The notes under the pieces were generated by a model. It did no database searches. It had not been told where the DNA came from and saw only the letters and a program-made list of their open reading frames with translations. This document shows, piece after piece, positions 9,044-18,705 of a stretch of DNA of 64,000 nucleotides. The stretch spans positions 128,001-192,000 of IMG/VR virus record IMGVR_UViG_3300015050_001523, one strand, 5' to 3'. Made by a program: the position numbers and the translations under genes. Source of the DNA: a virus. Lineage: Duplodnaviria > Caudoviricetes. How positions within the stretch are numbered: the first letter of the stretch is position 1; each line of letters starts with the position of its first letter.

Positions 9044-9221
9044 GAGGAAAGACACAACTTTGGAAAAGGGCGCTTTATGCGCCCTTTGTTTTTTAAAGTT
9101 TTCGACTTATTAATTAATAAAACTTATTATGCATGAAGGATGCCAAGCGCCAAAGGCGCGGCATAAAATAAATCGTCAAAGATGGGTTGCGTCTTATGTA
9201 AATCCACACTAATATGAAGTC

Positions 9222-9536
9222 ATGTCCAGTCCATTTCTTGTCGATGTCAAGCGGTATCTCCTCCATTTGATTGCAACTGACATTGTTACTGGATTACCAT
9301 TTGGAGGTGGTTTTCCGAAATCGCTAATGATGCAACTGCTTCCGTGGTCAAACTTGCAAGCTGATTTCATTGAAGCAATGCGCGGCAAAACTTGCGGCGT
9401 GGGAGAGGCTACTGATACAGACCCCGATGGTGAATGTGTGTACTACATGGATAATGTCGTCGACTGGCTCCAAAGCGACGAAACCGAACAAGTCTCTCCC
9501 TATGTTAAAAGCCTCTCAAAACTCAAGGACATGTAA
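9222..9536 (+). CDS. Hypothetical protein (104 aa), leaderless
   Basis: TTGCGT-N17-TAATAT-N6-ATG. Confidence 0.75.
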   Translation: MSSPFLVDVKRYLLHLIATDIVTGLPFGGGFPKSLMMQLLPWSNLQADFIEAMRGKTCGVGEATDTDPDGECVYYMDNVVDWLQSDETEQVSPYVKSLSKLKDM

Positions 9537-9712
9537 AAAATCCAGCCGCATCTAAAGGGGCATAAAGCCCCTTTTTTCTTTAAGTTTCCTAAATTATTAA
9601 TTAATAAAAATCCTTCATGCATAGTCCATGCCAAAGCGCCAAAGGCGCTTCATAAAATAAATCGTCAATGCGGCTTGCATAACTCTTTGATTGGTTTATG
9701 CTTCGGATTGCA

Positions 9713-10057
9713 ATGCTTCTCACTTTCGAAGAAAAGCTCATCGGGATTTCTCTCATGCAAGCGGGATGCTCGGCTTCCTCGGCTTCCGTTCAAATGAATG
9801 CATATTCAGGAGGCCAGTACACACTGGAAAAGATGCGCGATCTTTTCAAGTCCTTGGAAGAGGCCAAGAAAACTCACAAGGCGATTGGCGGCGTATTGAT
9901 CGAACTTCAAAACCCAGAAGCCACGGTAGAAGATCGCGTGTTTTTTCTGTATTCCATGGACAATCGAAGCGTGCAAGTAACAAAAGCGTTTCTGAACACC
10001 TGCTTGCCAGAATGGGCGATCCAGCTCGAAAAGATCATGGATTCGTGGGATTTCTAA
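9713..10057 (+). CDS. Hypothetical protein (start revised from 9698)
   Basis: TTGCAT(9675)-N16-TATGCT overlaps the track start codon. Confidence 0.7.
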   Translation: MLLTFEEKLIGISLMQAGCSASSASVQMNAYSGGQYTLEKMRDLFKSLEEAKKTHKAIGGVLIELQNPEATVEDRVFFLYSMDNRSVQVTKAFLNTCLPEWAIQLEKIMDSWDF

Positions 10058-10234
10058 CAAGTCACACGTTCAAAAAGGGCGCACAAAGCGCCCTTTTTCT
10101 TTTTTAAGTTCCTGAGTTTATTAATTAATAAAGCTTATTATTCATGAATCGTGCCAAAGCGCCAAAGGCGCATGATAAAATAAATCGTCAAAGATGGCTT
10201 GCGCCCCTCGCCAATCCAAGCTAAGGTTAATCCG

Positions 10235-10678
10235 ATGGCAAATTTCAAAACCCTCCTCGCTGCTTCCCTCGTTCGCAATTCGCGCAAGGAACAGGCCCAG
10301 GAATGGCAGCAATCCATCGCGCTTGCCGCGCAAAGCGAAGATAACTTCGAGCGCGAGGTTGAAGTCCGAACCCGTGCGATTTGTGAGCATGATTTCTGCG
10401 CGAGTTTCACCAGCCTCGTGGAAAGCGAGGTTCACAGCGCGCTTCTCGCGCAGGTCAAGGAACTTTCGATTTGCGCGGCATGCGCAGAGTATGAAAGTCG
10501 GCATTGTTCGGATTGTCGCGGATATGGCTTCACTTCATGGGAGAATCGTTCGACTCGGGCCATGCTTGCCGATCCGCATACTGTGAACAAAATCGATGAA
10601 TCCATCCGAGCCGAGCTTGAAAGCCGCTTGGGAAAAGGAGCTTGGGAGGATATGATGGAATGCATGAATGATGCATAA
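10235..10678 (+). CDS. Hypothetical protein with CxxC pairs (start revised from 10199)
   Basis: TTGCGC-N17-TAAGGT-N7-ATG; CAAC and CSDC motifs. Confidence 0.75.
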   Translation: MANFKTLLAASLVRNSRKEQAQEWQQSIALAAQSEDNFEREVEVRTRAICEHDFCASFTSLVESEVHSALLAQVKELSICAACAEYESRHCSDCRGYGFTSWENRSTRAMLADPHTVNKIDESIRAELESRLGKGAWEDMMECMNDA

Positions 10679-10851
10679 CAAATCAAACATTCCCAAGGGC
10701 GCATAAGGCGCCCTTTTTCTTTTTAGACTTCCAATTTATTAATTAATAAATTTGAATATGCATGAAGGATGCCAAGGCGCCAAAGGCGCGGCATAAATAA
10801 AAAATAAATCGTTGCTTGACTTCGGCCGAGACTCGATTAGAATGATCTTCG

Positions 10852-11043
10852 ATGGAAACCGTCCGCTTCACCTTCACCGCTACCGCCATCGGCTCGACTC
10901 ACGAGATCACGATTGTCGTTCCGATTGAAGATGATCCAGAGCTTGCTTACTCGGAACTTGCGGACAACGCGCAAGAGCAAGCTGAGCAGATCGCGCGCGA
11001 GCGACTCGGAGTCGAGGATGTCGAGGTTCTGCTGCGCAGCTAG
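10852..11043 (+). CDS. Small acidic hypothetical protein (63 aa)
   Basis: TTGACT(10816)-N16-TAGAAT-N8-ATG. Confidence 0.75.
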   Translation: METVRFTFTATAIGSTHEITIVVPIEDDPELAYSELADNAQEQAEQIARERLGVEDVEVLLRS

Positions 11044-11222
11044 CGCCGCTCTCTTCGGATCCTTAAGGGCGCTTGAAGCGCCCTTTTCTTTTTAAGTTTC
11101 CTGAGCTATTAATTAATAAAGTTTACTATGCATAAAGGATGCCAAAGCGCCAAAGGCGCGGCATAAAATAAATCGACCGAGGTTGCTTGCATCTTCTCAA
11201 TCATGATTTATAGTTCCTTTGC

Positions 11223-11579
11223 ATGGCGACCCAAATGGTTCCGACCCTCTCGATCTTCTCTATGCCTGAGAACGTCTATTGGCAGGCGAACGAATTGCGC
11301 AATTCGGACAATCCGCATCGATACTCTGCGTGCAATTATTTCACGCATGGTAGCGTATACTTCCAAAAAGGCCATTGGCTGAGCGAAGACATGTGGATCG
11401 TCGAAATCGATGGCGAGGAGATCGCTACCTTTAAGCTTCGATTCTTGACCGAGGCGGTTGCTTTTATGTCGGTCCAAGTCGACAAGGATGGTGATCGTGA
11501 TGCGATGGTGAATGCTATGCAAAGCACGCAAAGTGACTATGAGGAGGATTGGGATTATGAAGAGGAGTTTCGTGAATAA
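11223..11579 (+). CDS. Hypothetical protein with acidic tail (118 aa)
   Basis: TTGCAT(11187)-N16-TATAGT-N8-ATG. Confidence 0.75.
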   Translation: MATQMVPTLSIFSMPENVYWQANELRNSDNPHRYSACNYFTHGSVYFQKGHWLSEDMWIVEIDGEEIATFKLRFLTEAVAFMSVQVDKDGDRDAMVNAMQSTQSDYEEDWDYEEEFRE

Positions 11580-12024
11580 ACAGGATAAAATCAAACATTC
11601 CTTAAGGGCGCTTTGTGCGCCCTTTTTGCTTTAAGTTTCCTAAATTATTAATTAATAACCCCTAGCCATACACCTTCTATGCCAACGTCTTTATTTTGTT
11701 GCACATTATTCGCAGCATAAGCTGGCTTCCTAGAAGCTTCCAGAAGGCGGCGAGGACTCGGCCGGTACCCTCGCCGCCCGACAGGCCGAAAACGGCTCAG
11801 CAAGGCGCATAACAATGTTTCCTTTGATGCTAGCATCTGGCCGGCGCTGCCCAAAAACGGAGGAGAAGATCGAACCCTAGCCTCCACCCCCCTCCAAAAA
11901 ATGGCCCAAATCTTGCTTAAATTCTGGGCGTTAATTAATTAAAATTCTCTATGCAAAAAATGGACCAAAGTTAAATAAAAAAGGGCGCTTTATGCGCCCT
12001 AACAAAATGAAAGCTTTGGGAGGA

Positions 12025-12408
12025 TTAAATGAAATAATCGCTTTCGTACCAAAGATCATGGTCAAAGGTATCAAAACCCATAACCTCGTTGAAGGCGTGA
12101 GCGCCTCCTATCATTCCTGCATGAACTGCCATTTCATCCAAGCATGCACGCTCGAATTGCGCAGCTTCATGCGCCTTTTGCGCATTCATTTGCGCAATTT
12201 CTGCGTCAGTTTTGACGCGGCGAGAAACTCCCAAATCTGGGATCTCAAGCCAAGCTGTCCAAACCAACATTTTATTTAGAGGTTTTGAATCGTGAGGATT
12301 GTGAAAAAACTCCAAAGCCTCAGCTTCCGTTTCGAACGAAACGCTAGAATGACAATCATCGTTACCATTGGCAGGATTGGAACCCCAGAAAAAAACTTCG
12401 ATAGCCAT
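12025..12408 (-). CDS. Hypothetical protein (127 aa)
   Basis: ORF track; TTGCCT...TATAAA upstream. Confidence 0.75.
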   Translation of the reverse strand: MAIEVFFWGSNPANGNDDCHSSVSFETEAEALEFFHNPHDSKPLNKMLVWTAWLEIPDLGVSRRVKTDAEIAQMNAQKAHEAAQFERACLDEMAVHAGMIGGAHAFNEVMGFDTFDHDLWYESDYFI

Positions 12409-12620
12409 CGCACAAATTTATAGCAAAGGACATGCTCCAAGGCAAGCCAACTTAAAGATTTATTTTTTGGCATCATTTATGCATGAGCCAAATTTATTAA
12501 TTAATGAATTTCTCGATGCAAAAAATAGGCCGAAACATTAAAATAAAAAGGGCGCATAAAGCGCCCTTCAAAAGCTATTAATAAAAAATGGCGCGGATCT
12601 TGCAACCCGCGCCATTGGCG

Positions 12621-13586
12621 CTAACCGAGCACCGCTTCGATTTTCTCGACCGCGAACTTCACGCGATCGTTACCCTTCGCGTCGAAATGATTGCGCTCGT
12701 CGGACAAAACCCACAAAACATAATCAACCATCGATTTGTTAGCATGGATCTTCGAGGGATGCGGGATTCGCGCGATGTCGGCGCGAAGGTCGCGCATCAA
12801 CCGATTGAGCCGATCAAACGCGGTCTCGGCGCGCTCGGGATCCGGCGCAGCCTGGCCATCATGCGCACGGAGCGCTTCATCGGTCACGTTGAGGATCTCG
12901 CGGTAAATGCGCCCAAGCATGCCGGGGTTGTTGCAGTGGCGGTGATCGCGCCCTTCGGTCCAAGTGCCAAGGCGCCCAACGCGCTTCACAGTGTGACCCT
13001 TGCGCTGGTCGCGCGTCTTCGAGCTGACGCCGGGAGCGCAGATCCGAATCTGATCCGAGCCGAGCGGCCGAACGGCGCCGCCAACGCGCTTGCCGTTGGC
13101 GCTCTTGCCGCCAACAATCGAAGTGAAGACCGAGACCACGATCGGCATGCCGCGCGAGTCGCGCCCAACCTCACGAACCCAGATCTCCTCACCGGGAGTC
13201 AGCGGAGATCCCGCGGTCTCGCTGGCGAACGCGAACCCCGCAATGAGCAGAACATCGCGGATCGCGCCAGCGAGCATTTCGCGCGATTGCGTGCTATGCG
13301 GATCGTACTTGGTTTCCGCGGTGTACGCGGTATGCGGGGTTTGCGCCCACGTCTGCGACTCTCGCGCAGCATCGGCCGCGGCTTGCGCAGCCGCACGCAA
13401 ATCTTGCTCCGGGTTCTCAGCGCGCAGTTCCCGCGAAGCTTGCGCGAGGAGCGCATCGTAATCCAGACCATGCTCGGCGCAGATCTTGCACGCGTTAAGT
13501 CGCGCGTTAAGCGCTTCGGTCGAGCTAGTCGCGGGATGCGCAACGATCTTAAGGAGCTTTACCACTTTGGAGGAGAAGTTCGACAT
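12621..13586 (-). CDS. Hypothetical protein with DUF2786-like N-terminus (321 aa)
   Basis: KVVKLLKIVAHPATSSTEALNARLNACKICAEHGLD resembles the DUF2786 helical motif; TTGCTT-N16-CATAAT promoter; most GC-rich gene in the window. Confidence 0.65.
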   Translation of the reverse strand: MSNFSSKVVKLLKIVAHPATSSTEALNARLNACKICAEHGLDYDALLAQASRELRAENPEQDLRAAAQAAADAARESQTWAQTPHTAYTAETKYDPHSTQSREMLAGAIRDVLLIAGFAFASETAGSPLTPGEEIWVREVGRDSRGMPIVVSVFTSIVGGKSANGKRVGGAVRPLGSDQIRICAPGVSSKTRDQRKGHTVKRVGRLGTWTEGRDHRHCNNPGMLGRIYREILNVTDEALRAHDGQAAPDPERAETAFDRLNRLMRDLRADIARIPHPSKIHANKSMVDYVLWVLSDERNHFDAKGNDRVKFAVEKIEAVLG

Positions 13587-13899
13587 GGTAGCTTTGTCGC
13601 TTTCGGCACCGGTCAGCGGCGCATCGGGAAAAAATCAGGATCGATTTGATTATGGTCCGAGATCAAGATTAAGCAAGCGATACGCAAAGAAAAAAATCCA
13701 CCTAATTAAATCAATCACTTACACTTGGCACCAATCTTGCCGATCAGAATTCCTAACATAAGCGATTTTTTAACTTTCTTTTAACTAATATTCCTATGGA
13801 TCGAATCTTGCAAAGGATCTTCCTTGGATCAGATCTTGCATAAAAAGCACGTTATTAATTAATAGCTCAGGCATATGCATAAAAGATGCCAGCGCAAGG

Positions 13900-16610
13900 T
13901 TTGCGCTCCAAAGCAAGCCAAAATCATTGAACATTTAAGGCATAGGGCTGGGACGTCGTATAAGGCTCATGGCGAGGCGATCGCCAAAACAAGGGAGAGG
14001 TTAGGGGTCACCCTTAAAAACCCGTCTCCGTCAATCCTCGCGCGTCGAGCCTAGAACCGCTGCTAGTCGCCGATCCAAGCCCGAAACCGCCAAAATCCCT
14101 TAAATCCGCAAGCCGCGCACAAGAAAAGATAAGGAAAGGTGAGCAAACCTCATGAAATGTAATTAAAGGTAAAGAGATGGAATCAATCATAAACAAACCT
14201 CCCACCATGTAAGTAAAGGTCATGACGTCTGGGATAATGTCATGACATATAAGTGAATTGGATCAAAGATAATAAAATATAACCAAACATAATGAAAGGT
14301 AGGCAAACATCGGGAAAGGTAATAAGAGGTAGCCTAAGATAATCCAAGGAAATGAAAGGTAGGCAAATGTCATGAGACTTGGGGAAACCTAAGAGAAGTA
14401 AACACGCGCCGCATAACCTATACAAAAAACTTATATTGAAGGGAAATAAAATCAAATATCCCTCATGTATGACACCATCCCAGCTTGTAAACCGTTGCAG
14501 CATTTACTGTAACAGCATTCATTGATTCAATAAACACTGAAACATCTTAACCGTCTCACTCGCAACCGTTACAGTAAACGCTGTCACAGTGTTCGCTGAA
14601 ACACTAATCAATGTCTCAATAAAAATGTTTCAGTAAACAATGACATAATAACATAACTAACCCTTATCCCATCCTTGCCTACATATAAGCTTTCCTCATG
14701 ACATTTCCTTACCCCTTTTTGTGAACTAGCTTACATATCGTTTCATGCGTTGCAACATCACTTGAAACACTCCGCGCATGATTCGCAAACATCGTTCCAG
14801 CATGGCTAAACATCATGCTAGACCCCCATATCCCTCAGGTTTGGCGTGAAACATGGGGGCAATGGTCCTATCGCCCCCCATCCTATCGCCTCGCAGAATC
14901 CATCCTGGCGCGCGACAGCCTATGAAGGTTTCTTGCCTACATATAAACTTTCCATAAACTAACTCTCCCATAATAAATCTAACCTTCCTATAACCAACTA
15001 TTTCCTAACTCTATACAAATTATATGCCATCAAATTCCTAACTTTCCTTAACCCTTTCATAATTCCTTCTATATCTTCCGTTCCTTCCTCTCCTATTACC
15101 ATTTAAAGCTAATAATAATCAGATAACCCATTTCCCTTATGGATCAATGGCCCAATTACCATTTCAAACATTCCTGCCATATCTAATATGTTTGTTTTGC
15201 TATATTTGGCCAAATAACTGCTTAAACTATTATAAATAGTAAAGCTTACTTTACTATCTCCTTAGTTTTTCAAAATATTGAATATTAATTATATCATTAT
15301 TTTTTGAATTGTTGGGATTGTCTAAAACGATAGCTATGTTCGATTAGGGAGCTTTTTGACATATTAGCCGCTATAAATAACGATCAGTTTCTTGCATATT
15401 TCATGCCAGTTAAAAGGCTACCATTCCTCAAAAACCTATTATGCCGAATCATTCATATTTAATGATCCTAACTCCACGAATTCAAACATTTCGCATTAAT
15501 TAATAACCCCTTATTTCATTATTTCCAGAATATCAAAGAAAGCTAGCAAAACAAAAGGATGGAAAAAGCTAACAAAAGCGATATTTCCAAGAAAGCTAAA
15601 ATGCCGAATCATTCATATTTAATGATCCTAGCTATTCGAATTCGAAGTTTTGATAGTTATGTTTGGATTGGTAGAAATATAAGGAAAGTTAGAAATGGGA
15701 GTTATTAATTAAGAAGGTAAAGGCATGCACAAGGCATGCCAACCACAAAAGTTAGGAATGATAGATTAGGAAGGAAAGTTAGGAAGGAAAGTTAGGAATG
15801 AGAGAAAGAGGAGGAGAACCCAGCCAAATCAAACCTCCTATTCCTACCTAACCTTATATCTCTTATGCTAGATATATGGGATATGTCTGGGTTGATAGGT
15901 TATGCTCGCCCATCCTTAATTAACAATCCTTCTCTATGCAATCCCTATGCCATGTCTCCATGTTCGATATGTTAGCTTTGTTCCAAAAGCTCTTAATTAA
16001 CAAATCCGATTCATGCAACCCTTATGCCAATAGCTTTGATACTAATGTTAGGAATGGGAGCCTTATATCCCTTCAGCTTTGTTAGGTTATGCTTTGGCAT
16101 GAAGTATGCAAGATGTTAGGTTTGGTAGGCTAACATTGTTCTAAATTTAGTTATAGGAATGGATGCTATGTTGGGATTGTTAGGATTGATAGGTAAATTT
16201 TAAATAGCTTTGGCAGCTTTGATGCTTTCGCGCCAAGGCCGCCATGTTCGGTTTGTTATTAATGTTTGATATGGGAGGATTGGGTATATTAGTTTTCTTC
16301 GATATGTTAGCTTCGCCGGGTTTGCGCTCGGGCCGCATAGCTCCTATTCCTCCCGGTAGGATACCCGCCTACATCACCCCCCTTTAGACCCCCCCTGTTT
16401 ACCCCCCCTTACACCCCCCTACCATGCGTCACTAATCGCCCCCTTATGGACCTGCTCTAAGAGCCCTCGCAAAAATTTTCTAAATTTTTAACATTTTTAA
16501 ATGATTACATTTTTCCGAAAATGTAATCAAAAAATATTTGATATATGGGTCGAAAAAATTTTTGGGGAAAATTTTTGAAAATTAGGAATTTATAGATGTT
16601 TATGTTTATG
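13900..16610. other. About 2.7-kb non-coding, repeat-rich region (candidate genome terminus or origin)
   Basis: No credible ORF; CCTAAC and GTTAGG repeats in opposite arms; 30-bp direct repeat at 15441 and 15601; sigma54-like boxes at about 15392, 15725, 15937, 16014, 16094. Confidence 0.55.
16377..16419 (-). other. G-quadruplex-forming motif
   Basis: Minus strand G6-TGTAA-G7-TAAACA-G7-TCTAAA-G6. Confidence 0.7.
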
Positions 16611-16629
16611 TTTTATATTTATAGTTTAT

Positions 16630-17316
16630 ATGAGACTGTTAGAGAATGTTTACAGGGCAATATTGAGGGAGGCGCGCGCACAATCGCAAGAATTTGAAAA
16701 CGGAGCGATTGAGTGGACTCTTCCGAGCGGAGTGCTGCACAATGAAAACGGCCCAGCCATTGAACAGGGAGATGGTAGCAAATATTGGTACATTGATGGA
16801 GATCGTCACCGAGATGGAAATCTTCCTGCCATTGAAATGGCAAATGGAGACAAGGAATGGTGGGTTGAAGGGAAGCGTCACAGAGACGGAGGTCTTCCTG
16901 CTGTTGAAAAGGCAAACGGAGATAGAGAATATTGGTTCAATGGAAAGCGTCACAATGAAGACGGACCAGCCATTGTTTCAGGAAAGAATTCTAGTTTTTG
17001 GATAAACGGGAAACGCATTGAAACGATTGATGAATTTTTAAAACAAGCATATTTTTTTGGAATTTATATACCTATTGAGGGGCCATTTCGAGGCAATCGA
17101 GATTTAAATCGGGAAGTATTTTCAAAATACGACGAGTCTTTTGAAGTTATTTCAGATTTATTGATGGCTCGTGGATTTTCGGAAGAGAAGGTAGATAACA
17201 TGATGTCAGGAACCTTGCTTCCTGACGGAGAATATTATATTCTTATTCCGCAAGAGGTAAGTGACATTGTATCAAGAATTTTGGAACGCGATAATATTTC
17301 TTATTATCATTCTTAG
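16630..17316 (+). CDS. HRxDGPA (YwqK/MORN-variant-like) repeat protein
   Basis: Repeats HNENGPA, HRDGNLPA, HRDGGLPA, HNEDGPA; TATTTATA 6 nt upstream. Confidence 0.8.
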   Translation: MRLLENVYRAILREARAQSQEFENGAIEWTLPSGVLHNENGPAIEQGDGSKYWYIDGDRHRDGNLPAIEMANGDKEWWVEGKRHRDGGLPAVEKANGDREYWFNGKRHNEDGPAIVSGKNSSFWINGKRIETIDEFLKQAYFFGIYIPIEGPFRGNRDLNREVFSKYDESFEVISDLLMARGFSEEKVDNMMSGTLLPDGEYYILIPQEVSDIVSRILERDNISYYHS

Positions 17317-17825
17317 GTCAAATGCCAATGGAGTCTTCGTGCTTCATCTTCGATATCCTTGGCGCCCCAGCCGGCCTTAATTGGGTCGAGAACAGGTTGC
17401 CCGAATATGGCTCGTTTAGAATTGATGTATTCTAGCTGCTGCCGAACAAGTTCGGGACAACTTGTTTCATCTTTCTTCTCAAAAGATTTGATAGAGACCC
17501 AGGTATCCAGCCACTCATGACCGATTGCCAGAATCTCGGGTTCAAACCCTGTTTCCGATCCTCTTGAAAGGATGAGTCGGCATTTGGAAAGTCCGCCCAA
17601 GGCAAGAACCAAGGCGGCTGAAATATCGCCCAGCATGGATGGGATTGTAGATATAATATATGGAGGTTTAAGATTGCCTTCTACACAAAGGAGCAGGAGC
17701 AGATTTTGCGACCCGAGCTTTAAAACGAGTTTTCGAAGCTCTGCTGAAACTACGCTACCTTCTGGCATATTTTTAATGGATTGGGTTACGATCTTCATTT
17801 GGATTTCCTGGGAGAAGGATGACAC
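17313..17825 (-). CDS. Hypothetical protein (170 aa)
   Basis: ORF track. Confidence 0.65.
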   Translation of the reverse strand: MSSFSQEIQMKIVTQSIKNMPEGSVVSAELRKLVLKLGSQNLLLLLCVEGNLKPPYIISTIPSMLGDISAALVLALGGLSKCRLILSRGSETGFEPEILAIGHEWLDTWVSIKSFEKKDETSCPELVRQQLEYINSKRAIFGQPVLDPIKAGWGAKDIEDEARRLHWHLT

Positions 17826-17872
17826 AAGGAAGAAGAAAAGTCAAGGGACCGATTTAAGCTTTAAACCCCCGT

Positions 17873-18139
17873 TTATTTCTGGATTGTTATTTCCCAATCA
17901 CCCAACGAGCCAATGATCGCGGGTAGGTCCGAAGGAGACATAGCTCCAGCTGTCAGCATATGATCTAGCATATGGCCGACGATCTCGCATAGGCGATTGT
18001 GTTTAGCGGCCAATAAATTTGCGGGGTTGCATACCTCGTTTTCACAGGCTCGCTCGACTAAATCGACAGCGGAGGTTTCTCGTGGAGCTGCTAATCGCGG
18101 GTTGAACTTATGACGGATCCATATCGTGTTATCGGTCAT
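17873..18139 (-). CDS. Hypothetical protein (88 aa)
   Basis: ORF track; overlaps upstream stop. Confidence 0.7.
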   Translation of the reverse strand: MTDNTIWIRHKFNPRLAAPRETSAVDLVERACENEVCNPANLLAAKHNRLCEIVGHMLDHMLTAGAMSPSDLPAIIGSLGDWEITIQK

Positions 18140-18693
18140 TGGCCATTCTCCTGAGAAAAGTTTTCCTTTGTTCTTAATTTATACATAACATCAGTTCTTA
18201 AGACATATTTTACACCAGAAATAACAGGAAGCCCTTCATGCATTAGGTGATGAAGAAACAGAGTAGCTTGGCCGATTTTTGGAGAGATTGTTTCCATTCC
18301 AAGGAATTCGGTTTCGCCGCCTTCATAATCTTCATTTAGATATATTAGAAAAGTTTGGAAGCTTTTTTCTTTTTCATTTCTTATAAAGGAAGCATCTGTA
18401 TGCAATGCAAAGCTTTGCTCTGGTTTATAGCGATAAACTTTAAATCTTTCATTTAGGCCGGCTGGTTGCCATTCTAGATCGCTGTATATTAATTGTGATT
18501 TTATTTTATCAAATAAACTTTGAGCTAGATCAGGATCATCAAAAATATAACGATCATTATTTCTATAGCTTGTATCTATTTTGTTTCCGTTTGGTGTTGT
18601 AATTGAAGCTTGTTCCATGCCAGACTTTTCTGCCAAGTCAATAAAGTGCTGACATTCTTCGGGGGTTAATAAGTTTTCTATAATTGTTCTCAT
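18136..18693 (-). CDS. 2OG-Fe(II) oxygenase (prolyl 4-hydroxylase-like)
   Basis: HxD motif (ALHTDAS), FLIYLN...GGET, distal H (LMHEG), K-Y-V-L-R. Confidence 0.9.
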   Translation of the reverse strand: MRTIIENLLTPEECQHFIDLAEKSGMEQASITTPNGNKIDTSYRNNDRYIFDDPDLAQSLFDKIKSQLIYSDLEWQPAGLNERFKVYRYKPEQSFALHTDASFIRNEKEKSFQTFLIYLNEDYEGGETEFLGMETISPKIGQATLFLHHLMHEGLPVISGVKYVLRTDVMYKLRTKENFSQENGQ

Positions 18694-18705
18694 ATATTTC
18701 TCATT

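Larger units (their letters stand above)
547..13890. repeat. Dispersed intergenic regulatory module (>=20 copies): terminator hairpin + TTATTAATTAATAA + sigma54-like box + GCGCC-N3-GGCGC + sigma70-like promoter
   Basis: TTAATTAA-centred palindromes at about 574, 852, 1997, 2400, 3159, 4092, 4425, 5822, 6344, 6999, 8227, 8762, 9107, 9594, 10118, 10736, 11107, 11645, 11931, 12494, 13852, with the flanking motifs repeated in the same order. Confidence 0.95.

Noticed and set aside
12588-13649. 353-aa plus-strand ORF (and 13090-13461, 13199-13543)
   Set aside because: Antisense or alternate-frame shadows of the GC-rich minus-strand gene, which has a promoter and a recognisable N-terminal motif
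574-13863. TTAATTAA as simple restriction/methylation-site enrichment
   Set aside because: Fixed spacing to the GC box and confinement to intergenic modules argue for a regulatory element rather than compositional bias
14014-14503. Track ORFs 14014-14223 and 14240-14503
   Set aside because: Low-complexity translations of strand-biased repeat DNA
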